Below are positions 31,605 to 51,681 of a DNA stretch of 64,000 nt, one piece after another. Within the stretch, counting starts at the first letter, position 1, and every line of letters begins with the position of its first letter. The position numbers were made by a program, and so were the translations under genes. The notes beneath the pieces were generated by a model. The model ran no database searches and was not told where the DNA came from. It saw nothing but the letters and a program-made list of their open reading frames with translations. The stretch comes from the human T2T-CHM13v2.0 reference genome, Homo sapiens, in NCBI RefSeq assembly GCF_009914755.1, contig NC_060945.1, one strand, 5' to 3'.

Positions 31605-33025
31605 ATTTTTCTTATGCTTGAAGTCTATCATTCAGAATTTCCTTTAATAGAGGCTTGATGGTTGTAAAGTCTCTTGCTTTTTGTTTCTTTGAAAATGTCT
31701 CTTGCACCTTCATTCTTGAAAGCCTTTTTCATTAGATATAAAATTGTCAATTGAAATTTATTTTATTTTAGTACATTGAAAAAACATATCATATAAATAG
31801 ATATATCTTTAAGATTTCCTCTTTGTAGTTTTCTGAATTTCACTATGATTTGTCAGCTTTTTATCTGCTTGGGTTTCATTAGGTTTTTGAATTTGTGGAT
31901 TGATATATGTTTTAATTCTGGAGAATTCTCAGCCATTATCTACTTAAATATTGCTTATACATTGTTCTTTTTCTCTCTTTCTGAAAACTCCAATAAAATA
32001 TATGTTAGATTTTATTATTGTATCCTTAATGTATCATCAAATCCTTTCCCCAACAGTTTTATATTTTTGTCTTTCTGAGCTTTATTCTTGATGTTCTTGA
32101 TATTTTTTTTCTTAACTATTTTGCATTTCACAAAGTTTCTTCAATTGGATCCAATTTGTTCTCAAATCCATCCAGTTTCTTATTTTGGTTACCATGCTTT
32201 TCAGTTCTATACATTCTATTTGGTTCCTTTTCAAATACGCTGTGTCATTTGAAAATACTCTGTTACATTTTTCCAGCTTGGCTTTTATTTTCTTTTAAAT
32301 TCTAAGTACGATTATTTTATAATTATTATATGATAATTCCAATATGTGAAGTGTCTTGAGTATGTTTCTGTTGGGTTTTATAAACGGTGCCTTTCTCTTG
32401 AGTACCTAGTTATCTTTGACTGTGGGCTAGACATTGTATTAGAGAAAACATTTTAGAAAAGTATTGAGGCCCAGTATAACATTATGTTTCTACACAGAGG
32501 ATTTTGGTTTGCTTTTGCTACATGTCTAGAGGTGCTAGAAAACCTAGATGCCTGTGATTCCATTTCAAGGCTTCACATTTTCTAGGCCTTTATAATGCAA
32601 ACTTGAGCTGTAAAGTACGCACATTGGGTAGTTTATTTCTGGTTCATTTGTCCTCTTAGGAAGCAATCCTTTGGAGTTGTAACCCTGGTATGCTTTAGAA
32701 GGAGTGCTTCTAAGCCCAATATAGCCAATCTTTGAGGATCATGGACACCACAGTTTGTATTTTGACCCCTGCAAGGCATTTTCACTACTCGTTTCTCAGC
32801 TTTTTCTTTATATTGGTAAGTAGCCTCAATGCAAAAGTAGCCTTAAGTACTGGGTGTGGTTTTATGAGTTCTCATCCTTTCCTGAATCTCATCCCATATT
32901 TCATCTTGAATTTATAAGTTATTTGATAAATTAAAAAAGAATTCTTTTTAATAGTTTATCAAGCTATTTTTAGTTGTTCTTAGCAGGAGGACTGATCTGA
33001 ATAGCCTACCATCAGCAGAAGCTCC
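31605..33025 (-). mobile_element. Old L1ME/HAL1 ORF1 and 5' region
   Basis: ttctggagaattctcagccattatc and ttcagttctatacattctatttggttcc. Confidence 0.6.
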
Positions 33026-36000
33026 TGATACTCTCTTTTCAGTGTAATTTCACTTCAACAGAAGTTGTTGGAGTAACGAGGATATGGCACATCATCATTT
33101 TCCTTAGTCCCCATACACACCGGGAGATAGGCCTAATCTCACCAATGACAGTGAATTCAGAAAACACATTAACTTTGAAATCTATTCATTTAAGATCAAA
33201 TGAAGGCTGTTAATAAGTAAGTATTCTGCTTACACCCAAAAAAGCACATTTTATGAGTTTTATGCGTAGTCTTTCTAGTGAACTATTTGGAGATTTTTTT
33301 CTTCTGTTTTTTCTTGTTCAATGCATACCACAAGGCCAGATAACTTATTATGGACAAATGCAGTTGAGTTTGAGCACATAATTAGAGTGACTGTTTAGCA
33401 ATTTTAAATTGATATAAGACATTAGCAATTGGAAAGTAACTAGTGAAAATCTGTCTGACCATAAGGTGCATACAATGGCATTTAGCCTAAAGGCCATATT
33501 CTAAGTTACCCAAAATTAATTACGAACTTAATAGTATAACTATTAGTGCATTATACTAGTATAAAGAAAGTGATAAAATGTGTTATTAAATTATTTAGAT
33601 TGTCATCAGTTTAAAATTATAAATAAAAGTAACAGTGGCATAGTATGTCCTCAGTTAACCAGAAAGCTTGGGTAAGCATATCAAATTACTGGTAATAAAC
33701 TTTACTATATGTCTCAATCATATTTCTTTGTTCCTTCCTTGTCAAAAATGTAGATTATCTGTCTAACTGCTTGAAAGGAAAATTTTCTTAATATTTTCCC
33801 TTAGGACATTCCTGTTTTATTTTGTGTCTATTTTTTTTTTTAACACTCCATAATTTTTAAAGTAACCTGGCAGGAGCCCAAGTGCATGGAATGAAAAGTC
33901 ATTCTTGGACCTATTCCATATTGCAACACCAGTCTCTTAAATCACTTTTATATGTAACATTTGTATTCTATTCAGCAAATGGTCATATTACTTACTATTC
34001 TGTTGAAACATTGCATAGGTATTTGCTTAAGACATGCATTACTCAGAGGATAATAAATTTCTTCTTGCTTAACATGTAGCACAATGCATCTAAATACTTG
34101 TATTTTTATTTCTCAAAGCTAAAGTCACTGTTTCTCTATCAGTTCTTTGCCTTCAAATACAAAAGAGGAAAATGTAATTAATGAACCAGTAATTTCGGAG
34201 TGATCATCTTTTCTCTTCCTTAGCTCACAGATATTTGCTGCTATCTGTTTTACGCTTTCACAATAACTTCCATTTGCATCACTCTTTACATGACTACATC
34301 TGAGAGAAGTGTACGGTAAGAGTTAGAAATATTACTCTTGTTTAGTAGTAGCAAAACTCAAGTGCAAGAAGCTGAGAGTCACATGGCCCTGTTCAGCTTC
34401 TGGTCCGGTACTCCCTCCAATAACCCTAGTTTGTCTTTTTCTCTTCATTTTTACTGATTTCTATCCCACCCGTGCATTTGTTTTGAGATTTCAGCTCTTG
34501 TGACATCATCTCTGCAAATTATGCATTGAGATTTTTGAGAGATTTCTTGAAATTTCTGTTTAATGAGTGGTGTTAATGTAACATATAGATTTTAATATCT
34601 GGAAAACTTCATTTTTTATCATCCACTACTTTCTCTTAATTAATTTAACATCATTTGCCTTTCTTACTGGTCATAGTATAATTCTGAGGTAATAAGGTGG
34701 CATTTTTAATTTAACTATTCATAGAACTTCTGGGAGAAATTTTATGTCTAGTTCAGAAGGCATGGCAGCATTTTAAATTTGATTGTGGAGTATTCTAACC
34801 AAATCTTCAAGAGCCGTAACTCGAGGTGAAACCTGCCAACAGTAAGTTCTTCTCGTAGCCCAAGGCTTGTTTGGTTTTGATTAGTTTTACTAGACTTCAT
34901 TTGGTTTCAATTAAACCTTGAGACAGGCTAGTGACTTTCATGAAACGTGGGTTTCTCAAGTTAGAAAATAATTCTTTTGTGTGGACGAGTGTAACGTTTT
35001 CTTCACTGAAAGAAAATATCTACTCAAAGATAATTTTGGAAGATTTTATAATCACATTGCAAAGAGATTTTTATACATTGAACTGTCTCATATTATGTTT
35101 CTTAAAAATTATTATATTGTATTCTTAAATGGCAAAATGAAAATCACTCCATATGCTTCCAAAGCAATAATAAGAAATATTTAACTATATAAGTATAACA
35201 ACATTTTATATTTAACTGCATATTGTTAATTTGATTTTAAAATAAGCAGCTATTCTGGGGAGTTCCAGAAATTTTTAAATTCATTTATTTTTCTAAAAGG
35301 CTTTCTTTTAGTATTACATTATCTTAGGTCGTGTTCAAATGAAATGATTTTCCTGAGTCGCAAGTCCTTTATTACTTAAAAACTGTAACAACATAACATC
35401 ACTGGATATGAGTTGAAAATCGTGCATAGTATTTTTATGCAAAGGTAGAAGGAGAAGCATAAAGTTATAAACATATTGTATACCCTAAACAAAGAAAACT
35501 GTGGTCTGTAGTCCTCAGAGAAAAATCTCAGGTGTAAGTTCCTTTTGTATTCCAAATTTTTTTTGATCCTAAACAAAATCCTTTATTAATCCTTATTAAA
35601 AAAATTCCATGTTGGGTAATAAAGATAAATAGAAAACAAACTCAAAAGTAGTGTTTGAAGTGATAGAAGATGTACATTTCTCTTTCTGTGAATTCATAAA
35701 CCCTGGCTTCAGATACTATTGATTTTTACCCAGAGGCATCATTAAATACCCCACCATCTGTTTAAGATTATGCCAAAAATATTGCAGTTATAAATATAGG
35801 GCACGTGTATAAAAATTAGATGTATCAAGTTAAGGATATTATCATAATGCTCTTCTATATTCTCAGCATGAAACAAAAATATTAATAAATATGTGAATAT
35901 TCTGCTTGTAAATATGTCTGTAGAATTTAAAACTGATAAATAAATTTGTTCAGAAATGTAGAATTTAACATTTACCACTCGGAAAACAAGAGCAGATCAC

Positions 36001-36274
36001 CTCTTGAATAAGTGTCTTCCAATTTTGTTTCTAACACAGCAAATATTTTATATTTACAATTTAAAAAATTGAATTCTCCAAGTATTATGTTCCAAGATTT
36101 AAATAAGATTAACGACCCCTTCAAATATTTTTGTTGAGAGCTGTTTATTAATACCTTATGTGGTCACATCAATTAAAATTAATGACATCTGGTATACAAG
36201 TGAATAATTTCTTTACATATTTTATCATATTTGAATAAATAGAATGAAGAACAAAGCACTGACTTTTTATTCAT

Positions 36275-36410
36275 ACTACCAGGTTTGGATTTGGATTCTG
36301 CTATGAATTCATCATGTGCCTTTGGGATCTTTTCCTTTCTGGGCTTACCTTTCATCAAATGGAAAGAACTAGAAGCTCTCAATGGTTCTTTCTACCTTTA
36401 ACATTTTATT
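36275..36410 (+). mobile_element. MIR3/MIRc fragment
   Basis: aaggttctttc-type 3' end ctcaatggttctttctacctttaacatt. Confidence 0.45.
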
Positions 36411-36880
36411 GGTTATTTACAAATTATAAACATTTAGTTTGGTTAGCATAGGCTGTATGTTTATATATAGGCTATATAATTATGTGCTTTATATCTCTAG
36501 TAATTAAAAATTATTTTTTTTACCTTGTAAATTTAAATTTATCATGAAGGAAGCAGAACTAGTTACATTGGTAAATATGTTCATTCACTATTACACTATT
36601 ACTTCTGAATGAACACACATTATTTTCTCTATAGACCAAGAACTGTCTATTAATCTATTAAAATATATTTTCTCAAAACTGATCCCAGGGTGCTAGGGAC
36701 ACAAAATTCAAAGATAAATAAGAAATTAAATTTGGCTGTGTGATGTTGAAATGTAAGTAAGCAAATAAAATAAAATGTGATCAAACTTTATCAGTTCGAG
36801 TTTTTATTACCAGCAAATTCCAATTTTATTGACACAGAATTATCTCAGATTAGCAAAAATAAGTGGTGGTACTTTTTTTC

Positions 36881-43052
<6,172 letters not shown>

Positions 43053-44239
43053 GTGGTACTTTTTTCAATGCTTAAAAGAATGGAAACAATCTATTTAGAA
43101 AGTGAACATGTATTATAGATTTCAGCATGTCCATTAGAAGATGGTTTACTAGAACTATTTCTTTTTGCATATAGAGGAACAAACTTGAACAGAAAACTCT
43201 CAGTCTTTGTACTGAATTTCCTTGTCTTGAAAGAAATGAGGAGGTAGTGACCAGCATTTTTATTAGAATGTCAGAGGTGCCTCTCATAAACTACTTGAAC
43301 GCTGACTTCAAGAGTTGCAATGATCAAAAAAAAATGCAGAAAATGAACTAGTAGATAACTGTGGGAGATGGAAGGTGTTGATGGCATTCACCACAGGTAT
43401 GCACTTGTCCACTTATTTTCTTGGCTGGATTAATGAAAGGATGAGGAACCTGTTTTTATTTTTTATTTTTTTAAGGCAGAAAGATCTTCGCAACTATCAA
43501 TATGGTGAAATGAAAAACAACTACCCATTTTCTTGTCCTCTTTTATCCTTGATTGTAGTTATGTAAAAAGCTTTACTCGTTAAAAAAAATTAAATGTTTG
43601 GCCAAGTCATGGGATCAACTCAGGATTTTATTATAACCCAGATCTTGGCTAACCACATTTTCTTAAAATGTCCAGTAGACTGAATTGCACCCGTGGCTTC
43701 TAACATGAACGGCTGGAGCCAAGAATGCTTGCGTGAAAGCAGCCAGCCACCAAAACACAATGGGATTTATTCCTTCATTCTGGGTTTAAAGAAAGGATCT
43801 TAAAGATCCAACCTTTTAGCCTAGAAAGCTTTGTAAACCTTTTCAAATACCTCTGAGGAATCTGCATACTTTGTAGCTCAACTTATTAGTCTATTTCATT
43901 CACACGAGGAGATTCTCCACTCTAAACACTCTGACTTGCAGAGGATGGAATACCAAGTAGGTGTACTCTGGATTGGGGCTTTGATAAAAACCTTTCAAAG
44001 AAGAACCATAGTACAACAGTTTTTGGGATACAGTTTCTGGAATAATGTAAAATGGTGAAATGTAGGCAGATTTTTGTAACCCTGCTAGTAAGCTAATTAA
44101 GAGTATGTATTTCTGTATTGGTTGAAGAAGTTTTATTTTTTCCTTTAAGAAATTTCTATGAAATGCAAGCTATTATAATGAGAAAGAATTGTTCCTTTGC
44201 CAATTTTAAAGCCTTTGGAGACATTAGTGTATTAACCCC

Positions 44240-44350
44240 ACATGGTATCTGAAGGGAGCATTGAACTGGCAGCCAGAATTCCTGAGTTCTGGCCTTGAAA
44301 CTGGTATGTGCTACTGATATTATCTTGAGCATATTCATTCATCTGTCCTG
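44240..44350 (+). mobile_element. MIR fragment
   Basis: gggagcattgaactggcagccagaattcctgagttctgg. Confidence 0.5.
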
Positions 44351-44359
44351 GAAGAGATC

Positions 44360-44720
44360 ATGAATGCTAATCAAATATTCCATGTGTTCATCAATATTTG
44401 CAAGCATCCCCTGTGGCTATGTTGGGGTCATGTGACAAGTGCAGGACATAAGTCCAAGGGATGTTTGTCTTCCAGTTTGAAGGAGTTAAGTGAACCAGGA
44501 TAAATTTTCAATAATCTTTGTCATCTGCAAAGCAGCAAACAAAGGTTTTAAAATGGCCAAGTTGCAAGATGGGAGCAAGGAGATCTCTGAGTTGTAAAAA
44601 GAAGAGGAAAGCCATTTGTTCATTGCGACATGAAAAGGAAATAAATATTTGCTGTATCAAGCTACGTGAATCTGGGGGTTGTTTTGTGCCACAGCATAGC
44701 AAATCCTATGTTGACTAGCG
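44360..44720 (+). mobile_element. MLT1I/J-type LTR
   Basis: ggggtcatgtgac and gaaataaatatttgctgtatcaagctac...gggggttgttttgtgccacagcatagc. Confidence 0.6.
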
Positions 44721-45266
44721 TCTCTCCAGGAGTCATCATAAGCTGAGGGGTTTGGAGACTTCTTAATTCTGTTCCAGTTTGTATTCCTGAAATTGTCTTT
44801 GGGCATATGACCTTCATTTTACAAAAGAAAGAACAGAGAAGTTTGGAGATAACTGACTAAAGTCACAAAGTAAGTTTGTGGCCATGCTGCACGATGTATT
44901 TCTCTGGGACCCTGTAGATTCATATTCCCCAGGTATATTTCTCCACAACCTATGAGATTAACTGTGGGATCATTCAAATTGACCATTAACAAAATGCTAG
45001 ATTGATTCTCTTCCTGTCTACTAGGTTTTGTTCACTTAGACATGATGTAATTCTGTGATGCAATGGATAATACGGCATTCAACATCCTGACCTTAATACC
45101 AGAGACTTATCTATCAGATTATGGAGTCTGATAGTATACATATTATGTCTATTTTCAACTGGGGAAAAATTCTACCTCTGTGTTTAGTTTTGAGGTGGTT
45201 ATTGAACAAGAACCTATGATAGACCCCAAAGCTATTTTCACAAAACTTGAATTTAGAAATTTAATG

Positions 45267-45786
45267 CAGGGGTCCCCAACCCTCGGGCCATGGACTGGTA
45301 CCAGTCCTTGGTCTGTTAGGAACTGGCCACATAGCAGGAGGTGAGTGGCAAGCAAGCAAAGGAAGGTTCATCTGTATTTACAGCTGCTCCTTATCACTGG
45401 CAATACCACCTGAGCTCTGCCTCCTGTCAGATCAGAGGCAGCATTAGATCCTCATAGGAGCGTGAACCCTATTGTGAACTGCACGTATGAGGGATCTAGG
45501 TTGCACACTCCTTATGAGAATCTAATGCCTGATGATTGTCACTGTCTCCCATCACCTCTGGATGGGACCATCTAGTTGTAGAAAAATAAGCTCAGGGCTC
45601 CCACTGATTCTGCATGAAGGTGAGTTGTATTATTCTTTCTTTATATATTACAATGTAATAATAATAAAGTTCACAATAAATGTAATGCTCTTGAATCATC
45701 CCGAAACCATCACCTTAGTCCCAGTCCATGGAAAAGTTGTCTTGCAGGAAATTGATCCCAGGTGCCAATAAGGTTGGGGACTGCTG
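45267..45786 (+). mobile_element. MER1A (hAT-Charlie)
   Basis: TIRs caggggtccccaacc and ggttggggactgctg; 8-bp TSD atttaatg/aattaatg. Confidence 0.92.
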
Positions 45787-45869
45787 AATTAATGCATTTG
45801 TAACTACCTGGTAGTTTCTTGTCTTTGGCATCCGGGATGGATATAATTGTCCTCCCAATTGTCAAGTGT

Positions 45870-46250
45870 CAAAATGTAAAATATAGTACACATAAACAAA
45901 TATTGATGAGGATAAAATGAGTTAATATCTGTAAAGTCCCTAGGACAGAGCCTGGCATAGAATTAACAATATACAGGTGTTTATTAAGTAACACAAAGGT
46001 GATTATGATGGATCATGAGACACTGTGAGCTAGGATCTAGTTGACATCTCCTTTAATTTTCCTCTTATAGAACCCCAGATACATGTCATCCGATTTCTAT
46101 TTAACCATATTTTTGTGCTAGGAAATATGATTTTGTAGTACATGGTAAAATATTTTTACTTAGGACCCATCATTATCTCAATTAAAAATAAGAAAACAGG
46201 CTAAGAGGAGTTAAGAGGTTTACCCAAGTTTACAAAGCTGTCAATGTCCT
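45870..46250. mobile_element. Two MIR fragments in opposite orientations
   Basis: gaggataaaatgagttaatatctgtaaag (+) and aagaaaacaggctaagaggagttaag...cccaag (-). Confidence 0.6.
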
Positions 46251-47793
46251 TCACTATCTGCCTAGGAAGTTCATAATCTTTCCTAGGCAGTCTTCTATAT
46301 CACTGTCTCCATTATTAGTAGGAGTAGCAGTGCCATGTGATTTGAGCATGGCAGCCCACAAGTTCCACTATTAACTTTCTGCAGGGTAGGAATCACTTCA
46401 GCCAAGATCTGGAGCTCAAGCAATTTCCCTCTGGGTGAGCAGCATTTATTATTCAAATACACTTATTTAATAAACTTAATTATTACATATTCAACTATTT
46501 AATAATCTGTGCTAGCATTTTATCATGGTTTCACATTTGTTTTTTCTCTAACCTTTTTGAAGCTTTTTTCCTAGCAGCTAAGGTGTGTCACACCAACCAT
46601 CTTAAAGACAAGGCCAGGCACATGGTGAATATTTGTTGATTGTACAGTTGCTAAAAGGAGACAAGTTCAAATGAGTCACTTATAGAAGCATTTGGACTTC
46701 AACAGATCGTCAAGTGTTTGAAAACTCTTATCACTACCATGTCTTGTTTCTGGGACATTTTGGTTTTCTGCATTAGGAAAACATCAGATACCTCAGTTTG
46801 AACACTGTGGAGCTTGCAATTTACTCACACTATTATGTCACTTATGTTCTTGTGATCATTTACTGGAAATTATGTCATTCTACTTCTCTCTGCTTCATAG
46901 GGGAATCTTAATTCCAATCCATCCTTCTACATTACTTCTAATAAATCTAATTTTTGCTTTGTTTTTGTTAAGGAGTATCCTGCCACCATTGTACTCTAGA
47001 CATAATCTCATTCATAGCATGAGAGATACTCTGCAGATTGTGTATTTGCCTTATTTTAAAAATTGAAGTTTTTTAAAAGACTCTATTTAAAGACTCTAAA
47101 GACTATTGTATGCATTGCTATTGTTAACAACTGAAACCATATCATTCTTGCCATTATTTTAAGATAAGACAAATCATTTGTTCCCTGGGATGGAAATGAG
47201 CTCCTTTTCTTGTAGGTTTGTGTATTTTTCCAACCCATATATGATTATAAGTTTCTTCCAGTAACCTTCAAAATTCTTTATCTCCTTAGGGTTAATATAG
47301 TGAAATAATTACTTGGGAAAATGGGAGGCATAGCTTTGCTTTTGAAGTCTAGCTTTACTACTTGGTACCCACGTAATACTGAACAACATATTTAATCTCC
47401 CTGATCCTCATTTTCCTTTTGGGTAAAAGGAGAATAATGTGCATATAGAATAGGGATTAAAGGCATGGACTCTCAAGCTATTTTGCCTAGTTTGAAGCTT
47501 CACTGTGCCCTATTTTGCCTATGATATCATTGGCAATTACTTAACTCTTCGTGGTGCAGTTTTCACGGTAAAAAATTAGGGAAGCAATTGGATCTTCTTC
47601 GTATGGTGATAGAAATATTTTTATATGTGCTTTTTCTTTCAGATTGTAATGGAGGTTCGAAATAAAGCTTGCTCAAGTCCCTCCTATCAAGTGGCATAGT
47701 ATTTGTATATAACCTATGCACATCCTCCCATATACCATAAATCATCTCTGGATTACTTATAATAACTGATACAATGTAAATACTGTGTAAATA

Positions 47794-49383
47794 CAGTCAG
47801 GTGCTACATAAAAACTTTTCACTCAATAATGCTCCACATATATGATGGTGGTCCCATAAGATAATAATATAGCTAAAAAATTTCTATTCTCTAGTGACCT
47901 TGTAGCCATATGCATTATTCACATGTTGGTGGTGATGCTGGTATAAACAAACCTACACATACGATTACACACGGTACATAATACTTAGTAATGATAGTAA
48001 ACGACTACGTTACCGGTTTATGTGTTTAGAGTACTAAACATTTTATGGTTATTTTGAGTGTACTCTTTTTACTTAAAAAAAAAAAGTTAATTGTAAAACA
48101 GCCTCAGGCAGGTCCATCAGGAGGTATTCCAGAAGAAGGCATTGTTACCATAGGGGATGACAGTTTCATTGGTGTTATTGTCCCTGAAAACCTTCCAGTG
48201 AGAAAAGATGTGGAGCTGGAAGAGAGTGACATTGATGGTCCTGACCTTGTGCAGGGCTAGTCTAATGCATTTGTTGATGTCTTAGTTTTTAAGAAAAACA
48301 TTTAAAACATAAAAAATTAAAATCATAAAACAAGTAAACGAAGAAGGAAAATATTTTTTGTGTGGCTGTAAAATGTGTTTGTGCTTTAAGCTAAGTGTTG
48401 ATACAAGAGTAAAAAAGCTTAAAAATTAAAAAGTTTGTAACATAAAAAAGTTACAGTAAACTAAGTTTAATTTATTATTGAAGAAAAACATGAATTTAGT
48501 GTAGCCTAGGTTCACAGTGTTTACAAAGTCTACAGTACATACAGAAATGTCCTAGGCCTTCACATTCACTCACCGCTCACTCACTGACGCACACAGAGTA
48601 ACTTCTAGGCTTGCATGCTCCATTCATGGTAAATGCCTGTATTAGGCTGTTCTTGCATTGCTATAAGGAAATATCTGAGACTGAGTAACTTATAAAGAAA
48701 AGAGGTTTAAATGGCTCCAATTCTGCAGGCTTCACAGGAATCATGGTGCTCGCATCTGCTCACCTTTGGGTGAAACCTCAGGGAGCTTTCAAGCATGGTG
48801 AAAGGTGAAGGGAGAATAGGCATGTCACTTGGCAGAAGCAGGAGCAAGAGACAGCAAGAGGGAGAGAGAGACGCAGACAGAGAGACAAAGAGACAGAGTG
48901 AGTGAGAGGAGGTGCACATACTTTTAAACAACCAGATATCACAAGAACTCACTCACTATGGCAAAGACAGCACCAAGCCATGAGGGACCTGCCCCCATGA
49001 CCCAAACTCTTCCCACCAGGCCTCACTTCCAGCACTGGGGATTACAAGGCAACATGAGATTTAGATGGGGACAAATATCCAAACTGTATCAGTGCTCTAG
49101 AGAGGTGTACCGTTTTTATCTTTTATGCCTTATTTTTAGTGTTCCTTTTCTATGTTTAGATACACAAATCCTTACCATGTGTTGTAATTGCTTATCGTAT
49201 TCAGTACAGTAACATACTGCACAGGTGTGTGGCCTATGAGTAACAGGCTATTCCATATGGCCTAGATATGTAGTGGCTACTATCTAAGCTTGTGTTAATA
49301 CACTCTATGATAATTTCACTGACAGAATCACCTGAGCACACATTTCTTAGAACGTATCTTTGTCTTTAAGCTGTGCATGATTG
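47794..49383 (+). mobile_element. Tigger3b (MER7 family) containing an MSTB LTR
   Basis: TA-cagtcaggtgc...tggtggtcccataagat; cctcaggcaggtccatcaggaggtattccagaagaaggc; ends gcatgattg-TA. Confidence 0.88.
48638..49091 (-). mobile_element. MSTB LTR
   Basis: Termini tgtattaggctgttcttgcattgctataagg and gggacaaatatccaaactgtatca; TSD atgcc/gtgct. Confidence 0.88.
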
Positions 49384-49557
49384 TAGTTGTTGTACTGCAT
49401 TGTTTTTAAAATTTGTATCATTTTTACAGCTATATTGTTATTTTTTATGGCTTCATTTTTTTCCAAGTGTTTTTGATCCAGAGTTGGTTGAATTTGTGGA
49501 TACATAACCTTCTGATAAGGAGGGCTGACGGTATGTCTTAGTGCTTTGATTATACTT

Positions 49558-49760
49558 CAGAGGTCTGTAAACTTTCTATAACAGGTCAGATAGTAAATTT
49601 TTAAGACTTTTGGGACACCTATACAAGTCTGCCATTGTATAGCAAAAGTCATTATAGATAATGTATAAACAAATTGGCGTGATTTTGGTCAATAAAACTG
49701 TATTCACAAAAACAGCCTTAGGCTGGCTTTGGCCCATCAGTCATACTTTGCTGACCCCTG
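49558..49760 (+). mobile_element. MER58A
   Basis: cagaggtctgtaaactttctata, caataaaactgtattcacaaaaacag and tttgctgacccctg. Confidence 0.85.
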
Positions 49761-50069
49761 ATCTGACTGTTGGTTAACACAAATTTGATCCCATCAGGCA
49801 ATTTTGCCTTTTCTTCCCCAGATTACAGATACTCCGTCTCTGTAGCTCTGAATTTGTACTTTATTTCTCTTGCTCATCTAAAAGCATTCAATTTTCAATT
49901 GTTTAACTAACAAGCTTTTTGAGCTGCGTGCCAGAGCAGAGATCAATTTTAGTGTTAATTCGTAGTCGTTAAATAGAATTAGGAATAAATTTTTAGAATC
50001 AAATATACTCAGAATAGAGGAAATTTTCTACTTTCATCTATCTCTCTTGATGGACTAAGGTGAGAATAT

Positions 50070-50330
50070 ACATCCTCAACTTCTCCCCATAGGTCCCTAA
50101 TAGATACCCAAACTTGCAGTATACAAAATCAAACTCCTTATTTTCACCCTCTAATCCATTCCCCCTGCAATCTTCTTCTTCCTTGCAGTTCTTCAGTTCA
50201 AAATTTTTAGGTCATCCTTGACCGTTTGCTCTTTGACATTCCACATGGAATTCAACAGAAACTTTCTCTGGGACTGTCTTCAGCATATACCCAGCTCTGG
50301 CTACTTTGCACAACCATTGACACCACCACT
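50070..50330 (+). mobile_element. L2a fragment
   Basis: caaactcctta...gtcatccttgac. Confidence 0.6.
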
Positions 50331-51344
50331 GAGTGATGGGGAAGAAACAAAATATTTCCACAAGTAACCTTTTTACTCAGTAACTCAGGATGTTTTTCAA
50401 TTTGAGAGACGATGAAGTATAAGGCTAAAATTTAAACCATATCAAGATCATTTATTATTAAGATTATTCTATATATAGTATGTTTATTGTCCTTTTGAGT
50501 AAGTTTTGTTTTGTATTTTCCAATTGGGTTGTGTTGTCTCATGAAATGGCTATTTACTTTGCTGTGTCATGTATTTAGGCCATTTTACTCAACATTGAAA
50601 ATAATTTTCTTAGTGTCTTTGGCATTTTTGGAGCATAAGTCTTTCTTCAAGATGAAATTTTCTTTTCCCCTCCAATATAGGCATTTCTTGTTTTATTACA
50701 CTTTGCTCTATTGCTTAGCAGATATTGTGGATTATTTTTTTCAAATTGAAAGTTTGTGGTGACCTTCTGTCAAGCAAGTGTAGTGTCATTACTTGTCTTC
50801 TTTTTTAAATGTATCTTTTAAGTTCAGGAGTACATGTGCAAGTTTGCTAAGTCAACTTGCGTCATGGGGGTTTGTTGTGCAGATTATTTCATCACCCAGG
50901 AATTAAGCCTAGTATCCATTTATTATTTTTGCCGATCCACTCCCTCCTTCCAGCCTACACCCTCCAAAGGACCCAATGTGTGTTGTTCCCCTCTATGTGT
51001 CCATGTGTTCTCACCATTTAGCTCCCACTTATAAGTGAGAACATGTGGTATTTGGTATTCTGTTCCTGTGTTATTTGCTAAGGAGAATGGCCTCCAGCTC
51101 TATCCATGTTCCTGTGGAGGACATGGTCTCATTCTGTTTTATGGTGTAAATGAACTACATTTTCTTTATCCAGTCTACCATTGATGGGCATTTAGGTCGA
51201 TTCCACGTCTTTGCTATTGTGAATAGTGCTGCAGTGAACATACATGTTCACGTGTCTTTATAAGAGAATGACTTATATTCCTTTGGGTATATACCCAGTA
51301 ACGGGATTGCGGGGTTGAATAATATTTCTGTTTTTAAGTCTTAA

Positions 51345-51681
<337 letters not shown>

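Larger units (their letters stand above)
47669..49531 (+). mobile_element. MER2 split by Tigger3 (pieces 47669-47793 and 49384-49531)
   Basis: gctcaagtccc...tggcatagtatttgtatataacctatgcacatcc; end ttggttgaatttgtggatac...ggagggctgacgg-TA. Confidence 0.85.
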
